From: the human T2T-CHM13v2.0 reference genome, Homo sapiens
Assembly (NCBI RefSeq): GCF_009914755.1
Contig: NC_060938.1
Direction: 5' to 3' (one strand)
DNA length: 64,000 bases
Both the position numbers and the translations under genes were made by a program. How positions within the stretch are numbered: position 1 is the stretch's first letter; every line of letters starts with the position of its first letter. Below the pieces are notes generated by a model. The model was not told the DNA's origin. It saw nothing but the letters and a program-made list of their open reading frames with translations, and did not search any database. This document shows positions 61,621 to 64,000 of this stretch, piece after piece.

Positions 61621-61930
61621 CAGATCCTTCCTGACTTACACTGGGGCTACATGCTGATAAACCCCTCATGAATTGAAAATATCATAAGTCAAAAATGCAT
61701 TTAATGCGTCAAATCTACTGAGCACCATAGCTTAGTCTAGCCTACCCTAAACATGATCAGACCTCTTAAATTAGTCTACACTTGGGCAAAATAAATCAAA
61801 GACTGTTTTATAATAAATTGTTGACTATCTCATAGAATTTATTGGAGACTACTAAAGTACTGTTTCTACTGAATGCGTATCACTTTCACACCATCATAAA
61901 GGTCAAAAGGTCATTAAGTCTAACTATTAG
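61621..61930 (+). mobile_element. MER47-like (Tigger-derived) DNA transposon MITE
   Basis: TA|cagatccttcctgacttac...gataaaccc...gaaaatatcataagtcaaaaatgcatttaat resembles the recalled MER47A 5' end. Confidence 0.7.
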
Positions 61931-61966
61931 AAATTAAAACCAAGAAATGTAACAATAATAAATCTA

Positions 61967-62363
<397 letters not shown>

Positions 62364-63094
62364 TTAAAAGGTGACACCTGAATTCTCATTGCTGTGTTCT
62401 CATTGAGGCTGTTGTGATATCACATCGCATAGCCTCTGTATACCTGTGTAAAAATGAAAATGAAAACAACAAATGATGGCTTAATACTACAATGAAAATA
62501 ATGTTGACTTCACAGGCCCTCCCAACCACCATGCTCACAAACCCTCAAAAGGGAGGTCCCCAGGGGCTACACTTTGAAAACTGCATGCATTGAGTCTTAA
62601 GGGCAGTGACCAAGTATCTTTCACAGTAGAAACACAATAGGAATAGCTGCAGAAGGTTCAGTTGTGCTCAGAGGAAGGCTGGCTGGCATCAGTGTACCCA
62701 CCTATGTCTGGCCTGCGTGTGTCCCAGCCTCACAGGCTGCTCTGCTGCTTTTATCAGCCCTGAGAATATCTGTCTTTAAGGTGGGTCCACACTTAGCAAA
62801 CTCAGACAGGATGAGATATATAATCAAGACACACTTAATTTAAAATGGCAAATTACATCACCAAATCAGCATATTCTCCACTGGAAAGGAGAGGCCCACA
62901 TAGCCAAATTATAATCTGCAGGTTTCTGAGCCAGTGTTAAATCTGAACAGAGAAAAGATTTTTTTTTCAATTGGCAAATTTTAATGACATCACTCATTGA
63001 TACCCCAAAATCTCCAGTTCTTACCAAGCTTGGCCTTGCCCAGTGGTTCCTCTGTTCCCTCAACAATGTTTCATGGAATCTAACAACTTCCCTA

Positions 63095-63366
63095 CCCACT
63101 AACCTTCTCAGCTTTCATGGTGAACCAAGCCTCCTCTGTCGCACTAACCTTCCCAGCTTTCATGGTGAACCAAGCCTCCTCTGTCCCGCTAACCATTCTC
63201 AGCTTTCATGGTGAACCAAGCCTCCTCTGTCCCGCTAACCTTCTCAGCTTTCATGGTGAACCAAGCCTCCTCTGTCCCGCTAACCATTCTCAGCTTTCAT
63301 GGTGAACCAAGCCTCCTCTGTCCCACTAACCTTCTCAGCTTTCATAGTAAACCAAGCCTTCTCTGT
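63095..63366. repeat. Minisatellite, six units of 45/45/46/45/46/45 bp
   Basis: Unit ccc(a/g)ctaacc(a)ttctcagctttcatggtgaaccaagcctcctctgt counted directly. Confidence 0.95.
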
Positions 63367-64000
63367 CTGATGGGCCCTTTCTTAGATGGTGTTAACACAT
63401 CTGACAAAGTTAATCCTATCTCATGCTGTCCAGTGTGCCATCCTGCCTCTTGCTGGTAACTTTGTATTTCTCTAATCAATAGTTTGATGCTAAGTTTCAG
63501 GAGGCATTCTTTTTCTCCTTTCTAAAGTGTGGAAATCCCCTATGCCTTTCTGTTGAGTCCTCTAAATTTCTTGTGTATTCATGCATATTTCGTTTTCGGT
63601 AGCAAGGCTATCTAGATTTTTATCAGAATTTAAAGCAGTCTGTCAGGATCTTACCTGCCACCAAAAAAAAAAAAACCCCAGGAAAACCCTGCTTTAAAAT
63701 CAGGCCATGTTTCTGTGCCAACTCCACAACTTACTAAATAGACTTGGGCATTTAGTTACTTTCTCTAGGTTTTAGTGTGTCTGTCTACACAGTGAGGAAC
63801 TGTGAGTATCTACCTTATAGGGTTATTGAAAAGATTAACTGAGATTATCTATAAAGTACTTATCTTCCCTCTTTTGGCTTTGTGCTACTTTTGTCTTTTC
63901 TCCCCTTATCTGTTCTTCAGGTTCCTTTTCTTCCTTTTTTTTTTTTTTTAACCCAAGTTCTCCTCCTCCCTGTTGGAAGTGGGGACTGACTGACTAGGCT

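Noticed and set aside
63095-63366. Regular repeat array resembling CRISPR, with MVNQASSV ORFs
   Set aside because: Head-to-tail units with no spacers in a primate intron. It is a minisatellite.

Overview
Primate, very likely human, genomic DNA from inside the TDP1 (tyrosyl-DNA phosphodiesterase 1) gene on the + strand. Ten internal coding exons are present (exons 7-16 by my recollection of the reference numbering, about residues 253-585). All have GT-AG boundaries and splice into one open frame carrying both catalytic HKN motifs (H263/K265/N283 and H493/K495/N516). The H493 codon is wild type (CAT). The rest is repeat-rich intron: about 25 Alus including close inverted pairs, two L1PA 3' ends with target-site duplications (TSDs), a full-length THE1 element beside a solo THE1 LTR, MST/MLT1/MLT2/MER21 LTRs, DNA-transposon relics and tandem repeats. 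Two structures stand out. (1) A ~425-bp mosaic in intron 12 (19491-19915) is stitched from three non-adjacent parts of the same gene: an intron-12 segment, the exon-11 3' end with its donor, and the first ~235 nt of intron 14 starting exactly at the GT. It has junction microhomologies, creates a candidate poison exon, and forms a direct repeat bracketing exons 13-14. (2) A forward/inverted/forward template-switch rearrangement lies inside the THE1 internal region. Almost all ORFs in the supplied track are Alu, L1, LTR or simple-repeat artefacts. Repeat subfamily names are from memory of consensus sequences, and repeat boundaries without a TSD are approximate.
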